Positions 1-12,365 of a stretch of DNA of 64,000 nucleotides are shown one piece after another. The stretch is from Octopus sinensis. Lineage: Eukaryota. Made by a program: the position numbers and the translations under genes. The DNA is taken from contig NC_043026.1 in the NCBI RefSeq assembly GCF_006345805.1, positions 14,363,579 through 14,427,578 of the forward strand, in the 5' to 3' direction. The notes below the pieces were generated by a model. It worked only from the letters and a program-made list of their open reading frames with translations. It was not told where the DNA came from and ran no database searches. The stretch's first letter is position 1. Every line of letters begins with the position of its first letter.

Positions 1-230
1 TCAAGCAATGCTAGGGGGACAAACACACATGCACACATATATATATATATACATATATATATACGACAGGCTTCTTTCAGTTTCTGTCTACCAAATCCAC
101 TCACAAGGCTTTAGTCGGCCCGAGGCTATAGTAGAAAACACTTGCCCAAGGTGCCACGCAGTGGGACTGAACCTGGAACCATGTGGTTGGTATCAGATAT
201 CATCAGGAAAAGGTAACTAAAATTCATTAA

Positions 231-470
231 ATGACAGATCTATTGGACTTTCAAAGAGGCCAAATTGTTGGTGCTCATATGGCAGGTGCTAGCATAACGA
301 AAACAGCTGAAACGTTTGGCATATCAAGAAGTACTGTCTCAAAAGTAATGACAGCCTTTGAGAAAGAGGGAAAAACCTCCTTGTTGAAACAAAACTCTGG
401 AATAAAACCAAAACTTTCAGATAGGGACTGCTGGACTCTTATGTGAATCGTTAGAATTCTCACTGTTACT
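231..470 (+). mobile_element. Tc1-like transposase N-terminal relic
   Basis: DLLDFQRGQIVGAHMAGASITKTAETFGISRSTVSKV..GIKPKLSDRD is a Tc1 paired-like HTH region; truncated. Confidence 0.8.
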
Positions 471-699
471 TCTCATCCAAAAAACCAACACAAAAGCACT
501 GCTAATTGTTCATGAGTGTTGTTAATCATTTCAGCACACAACCCCTAGACAGACTTTTTGTTTTCCACCAAAAGGCAGTTACACAAATGACCCCTTCACA
601 ACACAAAGAATTAAGCAAAATAACTTTGTTGTTATTAGGCAATTATTCAGAACACAAATTAACAGGAAATTTTATAAGGAAGTTTTAATTAAGATCGCT

Positions 700-928
700 T
701 TAACCTTTTAGTGTTTAAACTGGTCAAATCCGGCCCAATATATTCTACATGTTTTATATTCAAACTGGCAATATCTAGCCTCTCACACCTAACCTACAAT
801 GCCATTCTAAAAATAAACAATCACATCATTGAAACCTCAAAGCTGTAAGATAATCCAGGATTAATCCAAAACAATTTGAGAGAAAAAGTATTACATTTAA
901 CAGAGTAATCTGAACCTTAAAGGGTTAA
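700..928. mobile_element. TTAA-flanked piggyBac-type MITE
   Basis: ttaaCCTTTT...AAAGGGttaa ends; homologous to copies at 33869, 34857 and 44970. Confidence 0.65.
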
Positions 929-1355
929 AACAGGAAGTTTGTACCATAGTCTCTGGTAGTTTGATATCAAAAGGGTTACATTATAAACAGAAGTTGGGAA
1001 GAAAATTAAATTTGAAGTTGGCTTATTTGGTGAAAAAATGCTAATTTCTTTTATTTCTGCCACTTTAGATTTAACGATTTGTATAGTATACTTTTTAATT
1101 ACAGTGTCATTGCTTCTTGTGTCTGTTCATAATTAGTTCATAATTAACTGAAATATCATCGTTATGTGCTATCAACTCATAAGTGACATAACATTGTTAC
1201 GAAATGTATTGTTGTTGGTTGAACTTTAATGTTAAAAGCCTATATACACTCATACTCACTGAGTTCTGGAAGCACTGCAGTATGTGTATAGATAAGTACA
1301 ATAGGGCTCTTCACCCAATTTCCTTCCTCTTAAAGAAATCCCCATCATCTTTTAC

Positions 1356-2108
1356 AGATCTTTTCGGTTTGAACGGCAGTTTTTAACATAATTTCTAGGT
1401 AACTAAGAAATTTTAAACTTCATATACTGGTAGAATGTGTTTATAAAACATCTTTTTCTCTTGGCTTTATTGAGAAAATTCTATAGTTTGTAAGATATGG
1501 ATCTTTTCGCTTTGAACGGCAGTTTTTAATATAATTTCTAGGTAACTAAGAAATTTTAAACTTCGTATACTGGTAGAATGTGTTTATAAAACATCTTTTT
1601 CTCTTGGCTTTATTGAGAAAATTCTATAGTTTGCAAGATATGGATCTTTTCGGTTTGAACGGCAGTTTTTAACATAATTTCTAGGTAACTAAAAAATGTT
1701 AAACTTCGTATACTGGTAGAATGTGTTTATAAAACATCTTTTTCTCTTGGCTTTATTGAGAAAATTCTATAGTTGTTTGCAAGATATGGATCTTTTCGGT
1801 TGAACGGCAGTTTTTAACATAATTTCTAGGTAACTAAAAAATGTTAAACTTCGTTTATACTGGTAGAATGTGTTTATAAAACATCTTTTTCTCTTGGCTT
1901 TATTGAGAAAATTCTATAGTTTGCAAGATATGGATCTTTTCGGTTTGAACGGCAGTTTTTAACATAATTTCCACGTAACTAAACACTTTTAAACTTTGTA
2001 TACTGGTAGAATGTGTTTATAAAACATCTTTTTCTCTTGGCTTTTTGAGAAAATTCTATAGTTTGTAAGATATTTGTGGGGTTTTTTTCTTCAATTTCTG
2101 CAATTTCA
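1356..2108 (+). repeat. Five tandem ~143-bp copies of the left end of a MITE
   Basis: Units start near 1356, 1499, 1642, 1788 and 1932 with gatcttttcggtttgaacggcag; the same sequence begins the TIR element at 48901-49325. Confidence 0.9.
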
Positions 2109-2561
2109 GGGTGATATTTGATGCTGCTTGGGACATCAATGATTGAAAGATTTGGATTCTATATAATAGGAGCATGGGCATAATGTCAAGAGAACAAGCA
2201 TAGAAAAAAACCCTAATGCAGTGAAGTAGGATGGGGTATATAAAAAATCCTGGTGTTGTAACAGACAATAGAAATTATGGAGTGGAGAGATAAAAAAAAC
2301 TAAACACGAGTAAGGTGAGTGTAGTAATAAGACAAAATGAGAGAAAGTAGGAGGAAAGAGAGAAATAAATTAGAAGAGTAAGGTATGAGTCATTGATTAG
2401 TGAGTGATAACTTATAGTCAATAAGCTATAATCAATACCAAGAGCAATGGTCAGAGGAGAGTGTACAGAATGGATAGTTAGCATACAGTGTTGAAAATCG
2501 ATACAGCATAGACAAGGCACAAGGTAGACGAGAGATAATAATAAGAATAATGAATTAATGT

Positions 2562-3143
2562 GGCGAGCTGGCTGAACCGTTAGCACGCCGGGCGAAATGC
2601 GTAGCCGTATTTCGTCTGCCGTTATGTTCTGAGTTCAAATTCCGCCGAGGTCGACTTTGCCTTTCATCCTTTCGGGGTCGATTAAATAAGTACCAGTTAC
2701 GCACTAGGGGCGATATAATCGATTTAATCCATTTGTCTGTCCTTGTTTGTCCTCTCTGTGTTTACCCCCTGGTGGGTAGTAAAAAAATAGGTATTTTGTC
2801 TGCCGTTACGTTCTGAGTTCAAATTCCGCCGAGGTCGACTTTGCCTTTCATCCTTTCGGGGTCGATTAAATAAGTACCAGTTACGCACTAGGGGCGATAT
2901 AATCGATTTAATCCATTTGTCTGTCCTTGTTTGTCCTCTCTGTGTTTACCCCCTGGTGGGTAGTAAAAAAATAGGTATTTTGTCTGCCGTTACGTTCTGA
3001 GTTCAAATTCTGCCGAGGTCGACTTTGCCTTTCATCCTTTCGGGGTCGATTAAATAAGTACCAGTTATGCACTGGGGTCGATATAATTGACTTTATCCGT
3101 TTGTCCCCTCTGTGTTTAGCCCCTTGTGGGTAGTAAAGAAATA
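2562..3143 (+). mobile_element. tRNA-derived SINE family M (Meta-like domain), one head plus three tandem bodies
   Basis: Head GGCGAGCTGGC..GTTAGCACGCCGGGCG, B-box-like GAGTTCAAATTCC, body GTCGACTTTGCCTTTCATCCTTTCGGGGTCGAT..AAGTACCAG resembling the recalled MetaSINE domain. Confidence 0.8.
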
Positions 3144-3404
3144 AATAATGAAGAAGGTAAAACAAATGATAAAATTAAAAGTGATTTGTTGTAAGGCTAG
3201 AGATGTGAGGGCTATGAAATTAGGTAAGGGGGAAACAATATGTGTTAAAAAAAAGGTAGAATCCCTGTATTTGTATAGCAGGATTGTTCTTAGTAAGGGT
3301 ATGGGATGTGGTACAGACTTTCACTATCTGAAAATATAAAAGCTCTTTCAGAGCTTATGAGTTCTTTTAGAGTTCCTGTTTAGTACAGGTCGCATTGAAT
3401 CATA

Positions 3405-4385
3405 AAATCCCCATAGAATCTTTGTGAGCCGCTCTCCGGCTATCTATCTGCGGCTTTATATAGCTATTGTAAGACCTCACCTGGAATTTGCATCACCGGT
3501 CTGGAACCCTTATTTTGCCCAGGATATCAATCGTCTGGAAGCTGTTCAGCGACATGCAACCAAAAGAATACCCTCCATCAGGCATTTGCCATATCCTGAA
3601 CACCTTACTTCCCTGGGCATGGACACATTGAAACTCCGACGTCTGGTAGCTGACTTGGCAGACACCCATAAAATTATCAACCATCTTACAAACAATAACT
3701 CTGAGCACCTTTTCAAACTCCACCCATCTAACATATTTACAAAGTCAGAAAACAGCACAGCTCCCATGATTTCAGGAAACATTTCTTCACGCTGAGAGTT
3801 GCTGAAGCATGGAACAAACTGCCGGCATCAGTTGTTAGTTGTCGGAGCACTGCATCCTTCAATACTTCCATGCTTCCTGAGATTCGCCAACACTATACCT
3901 GATTTTCTCCCCTCCATACACACGCAAGCATGTATCTGACTCATGCATTGTTTGCTTTCCAGACATTTGTACATTACAGCATATGCAAACACCCATAAAA
4001 TTATCAACCATCTTACAAACAATAACTCTGAGCACCTTTTCAAACTCCACCCGTCTAACACCCGTGGACATATTTACAAAGTCAGAAAACAGCACAGCTC
4101 CCATGACTTCAGGAAACATTTCTTCACGCTAAGAGTTGCTGAAGCATGGAACAAACTGCCAGCATCAGTTGTTAGTTGTCGGAGCACTGCATCCTTCAAA
4201 ACTTCCATGCTTCTTGAGATTCGCCAACACTACACCTGATTTTCTCCCCTCCATACACACACAAGTATGTATCTGACTCATACATTGTTCGCTTCCCAGA
4301 CATTTTTACATTACTGCATGTACTTTATATGTACTTTCTGACAAGTTGTGGTGCACCTGAGCACTGTATACAATAATTTCATTAT
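3405..4385 (+). mobile_element. CR1/L2-type LINE 3' fragment with an internal ~327-bp tandem duplication
   Basis: LYIAIVRPHLEFASPVWNPY..LEAVQRHATKRI..LRRLVADL and TRGHIYK..FFTLRVAEAWNKLP; segment from 3662 is repeated from 3989. Confidence 0.9.
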
Positions 4386-4603
4386 ATATATTATCAAGGG
4401 AAAGGCAAAGGGGCCAATACAGCTTGGCACCAGTGACATTGCAACTCATTTCAACAGCAGGACGAACTGGAGCAACATGAAATAAAGTGTCTGGCTCAAG
4501 AACACAACACACAGCCCTGTCTGGGAATCGAACTCACTACCTCATGATTGTGAGCCCGACACTCTAACCACTGAATCATGTGCCCTCACATATACACGTG
4601 TAA

Positions 4604-5272
4604 GCCTAGTACTTATTCTTTTGGTCTCTTTTGCTTAACTGCTAAATTACAGGGACGTAAACACACCAACATTGGCTGTCAAGTGATGGTGTGGGGGACA
4701 AACACTGACAGACAGACACACACACACATACACACACACGCATATACGATGGGCTTCTTTCAGTTTCTGTCTACCAAATCCATGCACAAGGCTTTGGTCA
4801 GCCCGAGGCTATAGTAGATGGATGGAAGCACTCCGTCGGTTACGACGACGAGGGTTCCGGTTGATCCAATCAACGGAACAGCCTGCTCGTGAAATTAACA
4901 TGTAAGTGGCTGAGCACTCCACAGACACATGTACCCTTAACGCAGTTCTCGGGGATATTCAGCATGACACAGAGAGTGACAAGGCCGGCCCCTTTGAAAT
5001 ACAGGCACAACAGAAACAGGAAGTAAGAGTGAGAGAAAGTTGTGGTGAAAGAGTAGAGCAGGGATCACCACCATCCCCTGCTGCCGGAGCCTCGTGGGGC
5101 TTTAGGTGTTTTCGCTCAATAAACACTCACAACGCCCGGTCTGGGAATCGAAACCGCGATCCTACGACCGCGAGTCCGCTGCCCTAACCACTGGGCCATT
5201 GCGCCTCCTATAGTAGAAGACACTTGCTCAAGGTACCATGTGGTTGGGAAGCAAGCTTCTTACCACACAGCC
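4604..5272 (-). mobile_element. SINE family A (CORE-like) interrupted by a family B SINE
   Basis: Family A body and head flank an insertion at 4819-5207 with a 10-bp TSD ctatagtaga (4809-4818 / 5208-5217). Confidence 0.85.
4819..5207 (-). mobile_element. tRNA-derived SINE family B, full length
   Basis: A box TGGCCCAGTGG, B box GGTTTCGATTCC, tail GTCGTAACCGACGGAGTGCTTCCA; flanked by TSD. Confidence 0.9.
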
Positions 5273-5305
5273 AGTTTGAATTTGGCTCAATGCAACTTAG
5301 ATTTG

Positions 5306-5690
5306 ACTAGCAGTATCGCCCGGCGTTGCTCAGATTTGTAAAGGAAATAACTATAAAGCATTTGTAGAGAGTTATAGCCAAAAAATAGCAAAAAAATGGA
5401 AAAAAATGATGGTAAATTTTTTTGGAGATTTAAAAAAGGTTGAGTTGCGTCCCCTAGACAGTTTGTGGTTCGTGTTTCTGATTCTCGACCCCATGTCGAA
5501 TTTATCGATTTTTTTCAGAACTGGGGGAACTTTTCAAAATTTTCGCTGCGTTAGTTTTGAATTATGACATTGGGCTATGTGTGTGTCAAGTTTCATCAGA
5601 ATCGGTTGAAAGCCGTGGTCAGGGTGAGGGTACAAGCAAACAGACACACAGAAACACGCACAGACAAACTGCCGTTTATATAGAGAGAGA
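5306..5690 (+). mobile_element. Non-autonomous Helitron-like element (Lep1/DINE-1 style)
   Basis: 5' ACTAGCAGTATCGCCCGGCGTTGC; 3' AAGTTTCATCAGAATCGG..ACAGACACACAGA..ACTGCCGTTTATATA, the layout typical of such elements. Confidence 0.6.
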
Positions 5691-5833
5691 TGATCTAAAG
5701 CCTAAAAGAGACGGGTTTCTCTTAGGGGCTCAATAAACTTTAAACTGCTAGGACCTGAATCAAACTGCTTAAATAATACACGAAACTTCTACTAAATGTA
5801 TCAAGTGCCTTTTTCTTTTGTTTGTTCACTAAC

Positions 5834-5888
<55 letters not shown>

Positions 5889-6169
5889 GTTATTTGGTAA
5901 ATGGAAACTGAAAGAAGCCTGTTGTAATGTATATGTATATGTGTGCATGGGTGTCCATGTCTGCGTTTGTCCCCCATCTTCACAGCTGGTGTTGGTGTGT
6001 TTATGTCCCTGTAACTTAGCGGTTTGACAAAAGAGACTGATAGAATAAGTACTAGGCTTAAAAATAAAAGTGCTGTGGTCAATTCGTTCAATTAAGAATT
6101 TTTCAAGGTGGTGCCCCAGCATGGCCCAAGTCTACTGACTAAAACAAGAAATAAAAAAATGTATATTGC

Positions 6170-6545
6170 TAACCAGCCACATGGTTTCGGGTTGAGTCCC
6201 ACTGCGTGGCATCTTGGGCAAGTGTCTTCTGCTATAGACCCGGGCCAACCAATGCCTTGTGAGTGGATTTGGTAGACGGAAACTGAAAGAAGCCTGTCGT
6301 ATATATGTGTATATATGTGTGTGTATGTGTTTGTGTGTCTGTGTTTGTCCCCCTAGCATTGCTTGACAACTGATGCTGGTGTGTTTACGTCCCTGTCACT
6401 TAGTGGTTCGGCAAAATGAGACCGATAGAATAAGTACTAGGCTTACAAAGAATAAGTCCCGGGGTCGATTTGCTAGACTAAAAAGGCGGTGCTCCAGCAT
6501 AGCCGCCGTCAAATGACTGAAACAAGTAAAAGAAAGAAAGAAAGA
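6170..6545 (+). mobile_element. SINE family A
   Basis: B-box region, CORE-like GGCATCTTGGGCAAGTGTCTT, (TA/TG)n, body, and tail CCAGCAT..GTCAAATGACTGAAACAAGTAAAAG. Confidence 0.85.
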
Positions 6546-6782
6546 AAATAATCACATCAAAGCTATAAGATAATGCTTGAGTAATTCAAACCAATTTGAG
6601 TAAAAAAAATATTACATTTAACGGAGTCATCTGAATACCAAAGGATTAAGAGGATTTGAACTCAGAATACCATAAACTGAAACTAACACTGTGCTGAATG
6701 CTATGAGATGGACAATTCTAACAGTTGGCTGTCTTATCTCCACTCAACAGCTGCTGAAAAGGAATGTCTTGTAGTAGCATAA

Positions 6783-6876
6783 ATTATATATATATATATA
6801 TGTATATATATATGTATATATGTATATATATATATATACATATGTATATATATATATATACATATGTATATATATA

Positions 6877-6928
<52 letters not shown>

Positions 6929-6992
6929 GTGTATATATATATATATGTATATATATATAATATATATATATATACATATATATATATAATAT

Positions 6993-7041
<49 letters not shown>

Positions 7042-7060
7042 ATATATATATATATGTGTG

Positions 7061-7094
<34 letters not shown>

Positions 7095-7095
7095 G
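6783..7095. repeat. (TA)n/(TG)n microsatellite
   Basis: Direct inspection. Confidence 0.95.
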
Positions 7096-7384
7096 AGGGG
7101 TGGGAAAGAGAAGTGGTGGGGAGTGCCAAACCTAGATTGATAACTTCCTATTCTGTACATAAACATTCCTTGGTTTTTGATTTCTACTTAACATTTACAA
7201 CCAGAATTGACTCTATGCAAGAGTCAATTTTTTTATCATAATCTGTATTTTTAATCATAATCATCATCATCATCATCATCGTTCCTGCTGCCACCACCAT
7301 CCTCCTTACCAATAGCACCATCGTTATATAATTTTATAGCCACTTTTCCATCCATCCATCCATCCATACATACATACATACATG

Positions 7385-7630
7385 CATGATGGCCGTCCAC
7401 TCGTGACCGAGGAAGACCATTGCCGACCTTCAGGAACATCGTGCGCTCTAGGACTAACTTATTATTTTGCATTTGCAGCCCCGTTGGTGGCTAATGAACC
7501 CTGCTCTTGACAAGCATACATGACTGCAAACATTGCAGACCAAGCTTTCCCCGTTCACTATACGAGCCGTGCGCTTTCAGCACAGCTCGCTTAAGTTCTT
7601 CATGCTGGATATGTGCTCTCTCAAAACTAT
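7385..7630 (-). mobile_element. RTE-type LINE 3' fragment
   Basis: VKEGTDSFERAHIQHEELKR, then after a frameshift LVCNVCSHVCLSRAGFISHQRGC (terminal CCHC/C2H2-like motif) and a short 3' UTR. Confidence 0.7.
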
Positions 7631-7639
7631 CGGTCCCCT

Positions 7640-8030
7640 CCTTAACCTGCATACATATACTCTTTTTACTCTTTTACTTGCTTCAGTCATTTGACTGCGG
7701 CCATGCTGGAGCACCGCCTTTAGTCGAGCAAATCGACCCCGGGACTTATTCTTTGTAAGCCCAGTCTCTTTTGCCGAACCGCTAAGTAACGGGGACGTAA
7801 ACACACCAGCATCGGTTGCCAAGCAATGCTAAGGGGACAAACACACTTATATATATACATATATACGACAGGCTTCTTTCAGTTTCCGTCTACCAAATCC
7901 ACTCACAAGGCATTGGTCGGCCCGGGGCTATAGCAGAAGACACTTGCCCAAGATGCCACGCAGTGGGACTGAACCCGGAACCATGTGGTTGGTTAGCAAG
8001 CTACTTACCACACAGCCACTCCTGCGCCTA
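7640..8030 (-). mobile_element. SINE family A
   Basis: Head GGCGCAGGAGTGGCTGTGTGG to tail repeat (GAGTAAAA)n. Confidence 0.9.
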
Positions 8031-8054
8031 TATAAAAAATTAAAAATAAATGTG

Positions 8055-8297
8055 CTCTTTTAAAGCCTAGCCAGGCTCATAGGTCTGGTTTCCCGATTTC
8101 TATGGCGTATGTGTTCCCCAGCTGGACGGGACGCCAGTCCATCGCAGCGTTACTCATTTTTGCCAGCTGAGTGAACTGGAGCAACGTGAAATGAAGTGTT
8201 TTGCTCAAGAACACAACGCGTTGCCCAGTCCAGGAATCGAAACCACAATCTTACGATCATGATGCTGACACCCTAACCACTAAGCCATGCACCTCCA
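8055..8297 (-). mobile_element. tRNA-derived SINE family C (CORE-like) carrying the B2-type tail
   Basis: GTGTTCTTGAGCAAAACACTTCATTTCACGTTGCTCCAG core; tail GAAATCGGGAAACCAGACCTATGAGCCTGGCTA is related to the tails at 28500 and 53225. Confidence 0.75.
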
Positions 8298-8703
8298 CAC
8301 ACACACACACACACACATATATATGAAAACTAGGTGAGTAGAATGTTCACAAGCCTAAATATTGACATGTAAACTGCATCCACAAAACACATATGGCAAA
8401 TCTGTTGGTGGAGGTGTAAAATGTTACATTTATAACAGCGTCTGTTTCTCTATGTGTGTTACATACATACATAGGTACATGTATGTATGTAACACTTCAT
8501 TTCACATTGCTCCAGTCCACTGCGTGGCACCTTAGACAAGTGTCTTCTACCACAGCCTCGGGCTGGCGAAAGCCTTGTGAGTGGATTTGGTAGAAACACT
8601 GCCAGATCAGACTGGGTCTGGTGCAGCCTTCTGGCTTCCCAGACCCCAGTTGAACCGTCCAACCCATGCTAGCATGGAGAGCGGATGTTAAACGATGATG
8701 ATG

Positions 8704-8736
<33 letters not shown>

Positions 8737-8789
8737 CATACATATATATATATACATATATTGTTGATATCTCATATAGAGAAAGAGAA

Positions 8790-8915
8790 GAAAGGAAAGC
8801 ATTTGTCTTGATTAAAAATGTGCTCAAATTACAGTTGGACAAAACTCTGCAAGTTAAAATCATTAAGAGCACCATCCTACCTGCTCTTGTATATTTAAGT
8901 GAGATACGGGCTCAG
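8790..8915 (+). mobile_element. RTE-type RT relic
   Basis: KAFVLIKNVL..KIIKSTILPALVYLSE resembles the RTE motif AF..lk.vl...F.s.VLPALlYgsETW. Confidence 0.55.
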
Positions 8916-9072
8916 TAGTAGTAGTAGTAGCAGCAACAGCAGCAGAAATAGTAAGTAGAAGTTGTAGTAATAGTAGTAGTAGTAGTAGCAGAAAACACAG
9001 TAGTTATATGTAGTAGTAGTGGTGGTGGTGATGGTTATAGTGATAGTGGTTGTAGATGCAAGAGGATGGTAA

Positions 9073-9490
9073 GGCGTCAAGCTGGCAGAATCATTAGCAC
9101 GCCGGGCGAAATGCGTAGCCGTATTTCGTCTGCCGCTACATTTTGAGTTCAAATTCTGTAGAGGTAGATTTTGCCTTTCATCCTTTCGGGGTCGATAAAT
9201 TAAGTACCAGTTACGCACTGGGGTCGATATAATCGACTTAATCCGTTTGTCTGTCCTTATTTGTCCTCTCTGTGCTTAGCCCCTTGTGGGTAGTAAAGAA
9301 ATAGGTATTTTGTCTGCCCCTACGTTCTGAGTTCAAATTCTGCCGAGGTCGACTTTGCCTTTCATCCTTTTGGGTGTCGATAAATTATGTAATAGTTACG
9401 CACTGGGGTCGCTATAATTGACTTAATCCCTTTGTCTGTCCTTGTTTGTCCCCTCTGTGTTTAGCCCCTTGTGGGTAGTAAAGAAATAGG
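9073..9490 (+). mobile_element. SINE family M, head plus two bodies, abutting the MCC donor site
   Basis: Same motifs as 2562; its tail ends within a few bases of the gtaagt donor. Confidence 0.85.
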
Positions 9491-9499
9491 TGTACTTAC

Positions 9500-9613
9500 C
9501 TGAGCTTTGTTAATCTGCTTTTCCAGCATGTTCTTCTCCCCCGTGACATGTTGGAGACGGTTTGAGACATCTATTATTTCCTCCTTCAGTGAGGTCAGGG
9601 CGGCTAAATGGAG
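9500..9613 (-). CDS. MCC: Internal coding exon of an MCC (colorectal mutant cancer protein)-like coiled-coil gene
   Basis: Minus strand reads tttcatcttcctcag|CTCCAT...GCTCAG|gtaagt: 114 nt, phase 0/0, LHLAALTSLKEEIIDVSNRLQHVTGEKNMLEKQINKAQ. It matches the recalled human MCC segment LHSAALASLKGDIVELNKRLQQTERERDLLEKKLAKAQ, with the same 38-aa length and about half the residues identical. Confidence 0.88.
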
Positions 9614-9722
9614 CTGAGGAAGATGAAAGACAGGGAAAAAAAAAACGTGTCAATAATACAATAATGTTGAAATTATCAAAAATGCAAAGGAAAATTATTG
9701 CGAATGGATGAATACAAACATA

Positions 9723-10289
9723 CACTTGCGTCGGAAATTAATTAGCACTTCTCAAATTTCTACATTTTCTTACATTTTCTTAATTTAATTAACTTATTAT
9801 CAGAAATGAACTCGTTTTTAATCAAAAATTTATTAAAACATATCCCAGCACACCACATAATTGTTATTAATCGTGAAATTTAGTCAATATCTTGTTGCTC
9901 CTCCTTTGGCAGCAATGACAGCTGCTACGCGGGTCGGCATGCTGTCTATGAGTGCCTGCAGGTACTGTGCAGGGATGGCCCCTCATGCAGCAAGAAGTGC
10001 CCCAAACAGCTTGTGTCGGTTCCTGTATTGCTGCACATTCAAATCCCTACCTAATCGACTCCAGAGGTTCTCAATAGGGTTCAGGTCAGGTGACTGGCCA
10101 GCACGTACTCCTCGCCACCAAAGAGGTATCCCGTACTATCCCAACGTACTTTGCGGCGTTGATGTTGCCTTCGACGGCATAGAGCCGCCCAACACCACTG
10201 TAGCTGAACGCCCCTCACACCATCAGACCACCCCCACCATGCTTCATGGTGAGCAAATCAAGGGTGCTAATTAATTTCTGACGGTAGTG
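9723..10289 (-). mobile_element. Internally deleted Tc1 element with TIRs and TA TSD
   Basis: 26-bp TIRs cacttgcgtcggaaattaattagcac / gtgctaattaatttctgacggtagtg, TA on both sides; minus strand encodes SPDLNPIENLW..DSMPTRVAAVIAAKGGATRY. Confidence 0.92.
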
Positions 10290-10479
10290 TATATACATAC
10301 AAAACTACATATATAACTGCATCCACCTACCTACACAAACATGTAAAAAATAGGCATCATCATTTTTGAAAGATTTATTTTTAGAAACCAAATAATGTCA
10401 TTTAATGGAAGACCTACTTGTGAAGACCTGTTGAGACAAGTGAAAATCAAAATCGAAATCAATCAACATCAATGGAATT

Positions 10480-10873
10480 TGTAGATGTGATACCAGTGTT
10501 GGTGGCACCTAAGAGAACCATTCAAATGTGGCTGTAGCCAGCGCCACCCCAACTGGCCCCCGTGCCGGTGGCACGTAAAAAGCACTACTCGAGCGTGGCT
10601 GTTGCCAGCCTCGTCTGGCCTCCGTGCCGGTGGCACATATAAAGCATCATCCGATGTGGCTGTTGCCAGCCTTGTCTGGCACCTGTGCCGGTGGCACGTA
10701 AAAAGCACCCACTACACTCACGGAGTGGTTGGCATTAGGAAGGGCATCCAGCCGTAGAAACATTGCCAGATCAGACTGGAGCCTGGTGCAGCCTTCTGGC
10801 TTCCCAGACCCCAGTTGAACCGTCCAACCCATGCTAGCATGGAGAATGGATGCTAAACGATGATGATGATGAT
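10480..10873 (+). mobile_element. Retroposon family R (GTGCCGGTGGCAC minisatellite plus (GAT)n tail)
   Basis: ~60-bp internal repeats, GGTTGGCATTAGGAAGGGCATCCAGC, end CCCATGCTAGCATGGA..TAAACGATGATG. Related pieces at 8585, 13795(-), 19862(-), 24490, 35165, 37330(-), 45585(-) and 46890. Confidence 0.75.
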
Positions 10874-11039
10874 GAAGTTTGGCAGGTATATCTCCTCTAA
10901 CAAGGGTTTTGAAATCCATGAGTGGCATCCAACAGTGGCAAAACTATCTGTATACACACACACACATATATATATGCATATCTTAGAGATACAGGTTTCA
11001 TGCAATTCATTTTAATTGTGCCCAAGTTGAGTTATAGTT

Positions 11040-11085
11040 ATCATACCTTATAATAAGTATTTACAATAACGGATGGTATTACTTG

Positions 11086-11170
<85 letters not shown>

Positions 11171-11465
11171 GTAAAAAAATACAAACTGGGACAAGAACGC
11201 AAAACATTTAGGAGACGATACAAAAAACACGGACGGGACATTCGAAGCCTTCAATCTTCAGTCAAGAACCGGATCATCTTCGCAATTTCGGCTGATTAAT
11301 CTTGAGATTGCTCCGACCTGGCCAGCCCCAAAGGAAAATCTAAGCCAAGCACATTAGATTCCTTGGAAGAAAGCCTCGAATGTATACAAAACAAGGATGG
11401 AAAACGGACGATGTTACACGAATAAAAATACAAAAATACGTAAAAACAATAATGATAATAATAAC
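11040..11465. mobile_element. Penelope-like terminal-repeat relic
   Basis: (TA)n-embedded dispersed repeat homologous to 37545-37695 and 13350-13385; family assignment is by resemblance only. Confidence 0.4.
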
Positions 11466-11468
11466 AAC

Positions 11469-11512
<44 letters not shown>

Positions 11513-12277
11513 ACACACACATACACACACACGCACTCACTCACATGACAAATATATTTGTTCTTATGTGTATGTATACTTTTTTACTCTTTTACTTGTT
11601 TCAGTCATTTGACTGCGGCCATGCTGGAGCACTGCCTTCTAGTCGAGCAAATCGACCCCGGGACTTATTCTTTGTAAACCTAGTACTTATTCTATCGGTC
11701 TCTTTTGCCGAACCACTAAGTTACGGTGACGTAAACACACTAGCATCGGTTGTCAAGCAATGTTGGTGGGGGGGACAAACACGCACACACATATATATAT
11801 ATATATATATGACGGGCTTCTTTCAGTTTTCATCTACCAAATAATAAGTTTAACAACAGTTAGAAAATTCAAAGCTGTGACCTGAATCTAGGGGATACAA
11901 GATAAAACAGTTTGATAACACAGGATAAATGTTTGTCAAAATATCTATGGGGAGAAAGGATGTGTTTATTTTCAAATTCTGGGGTTCCTTTGGGGGCAGT
12001 CCTAGCAGCAATATTATTGACCCACTCTGTGAGTTTCATAAAAACGAACTGAAAATTTTTGCAGGAAGGAAAAGGAATCTAGGATTAAGAAAAACAATAC
12101 TTTTGCACCTGCTACCTGGTTTTGGCAACAAGAATTAAGTATTCTTTATCAAGGAATGAATGAAAGTGTGTATGTATGTGTGTGTATGCATGTATGTATG
12201 TATGTGTGTAAAAAGTTAATTGCACAAGTAAAAATAGGAGACTTAATACGTGATATCTATACATGTGTGTTTGCATG

Positions 12278-12324
<47 letters not shown>

Positions 12325-12365
12325 CATATATATACATATATATGTATATACATATACATATATGG

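Noticed and set aside
11240-11275. CTGAAGA...GAA motif as another hammerhead (also near 37640)
   Set aside because: Stem II cannot form properly and the GAAA box is incomplete.
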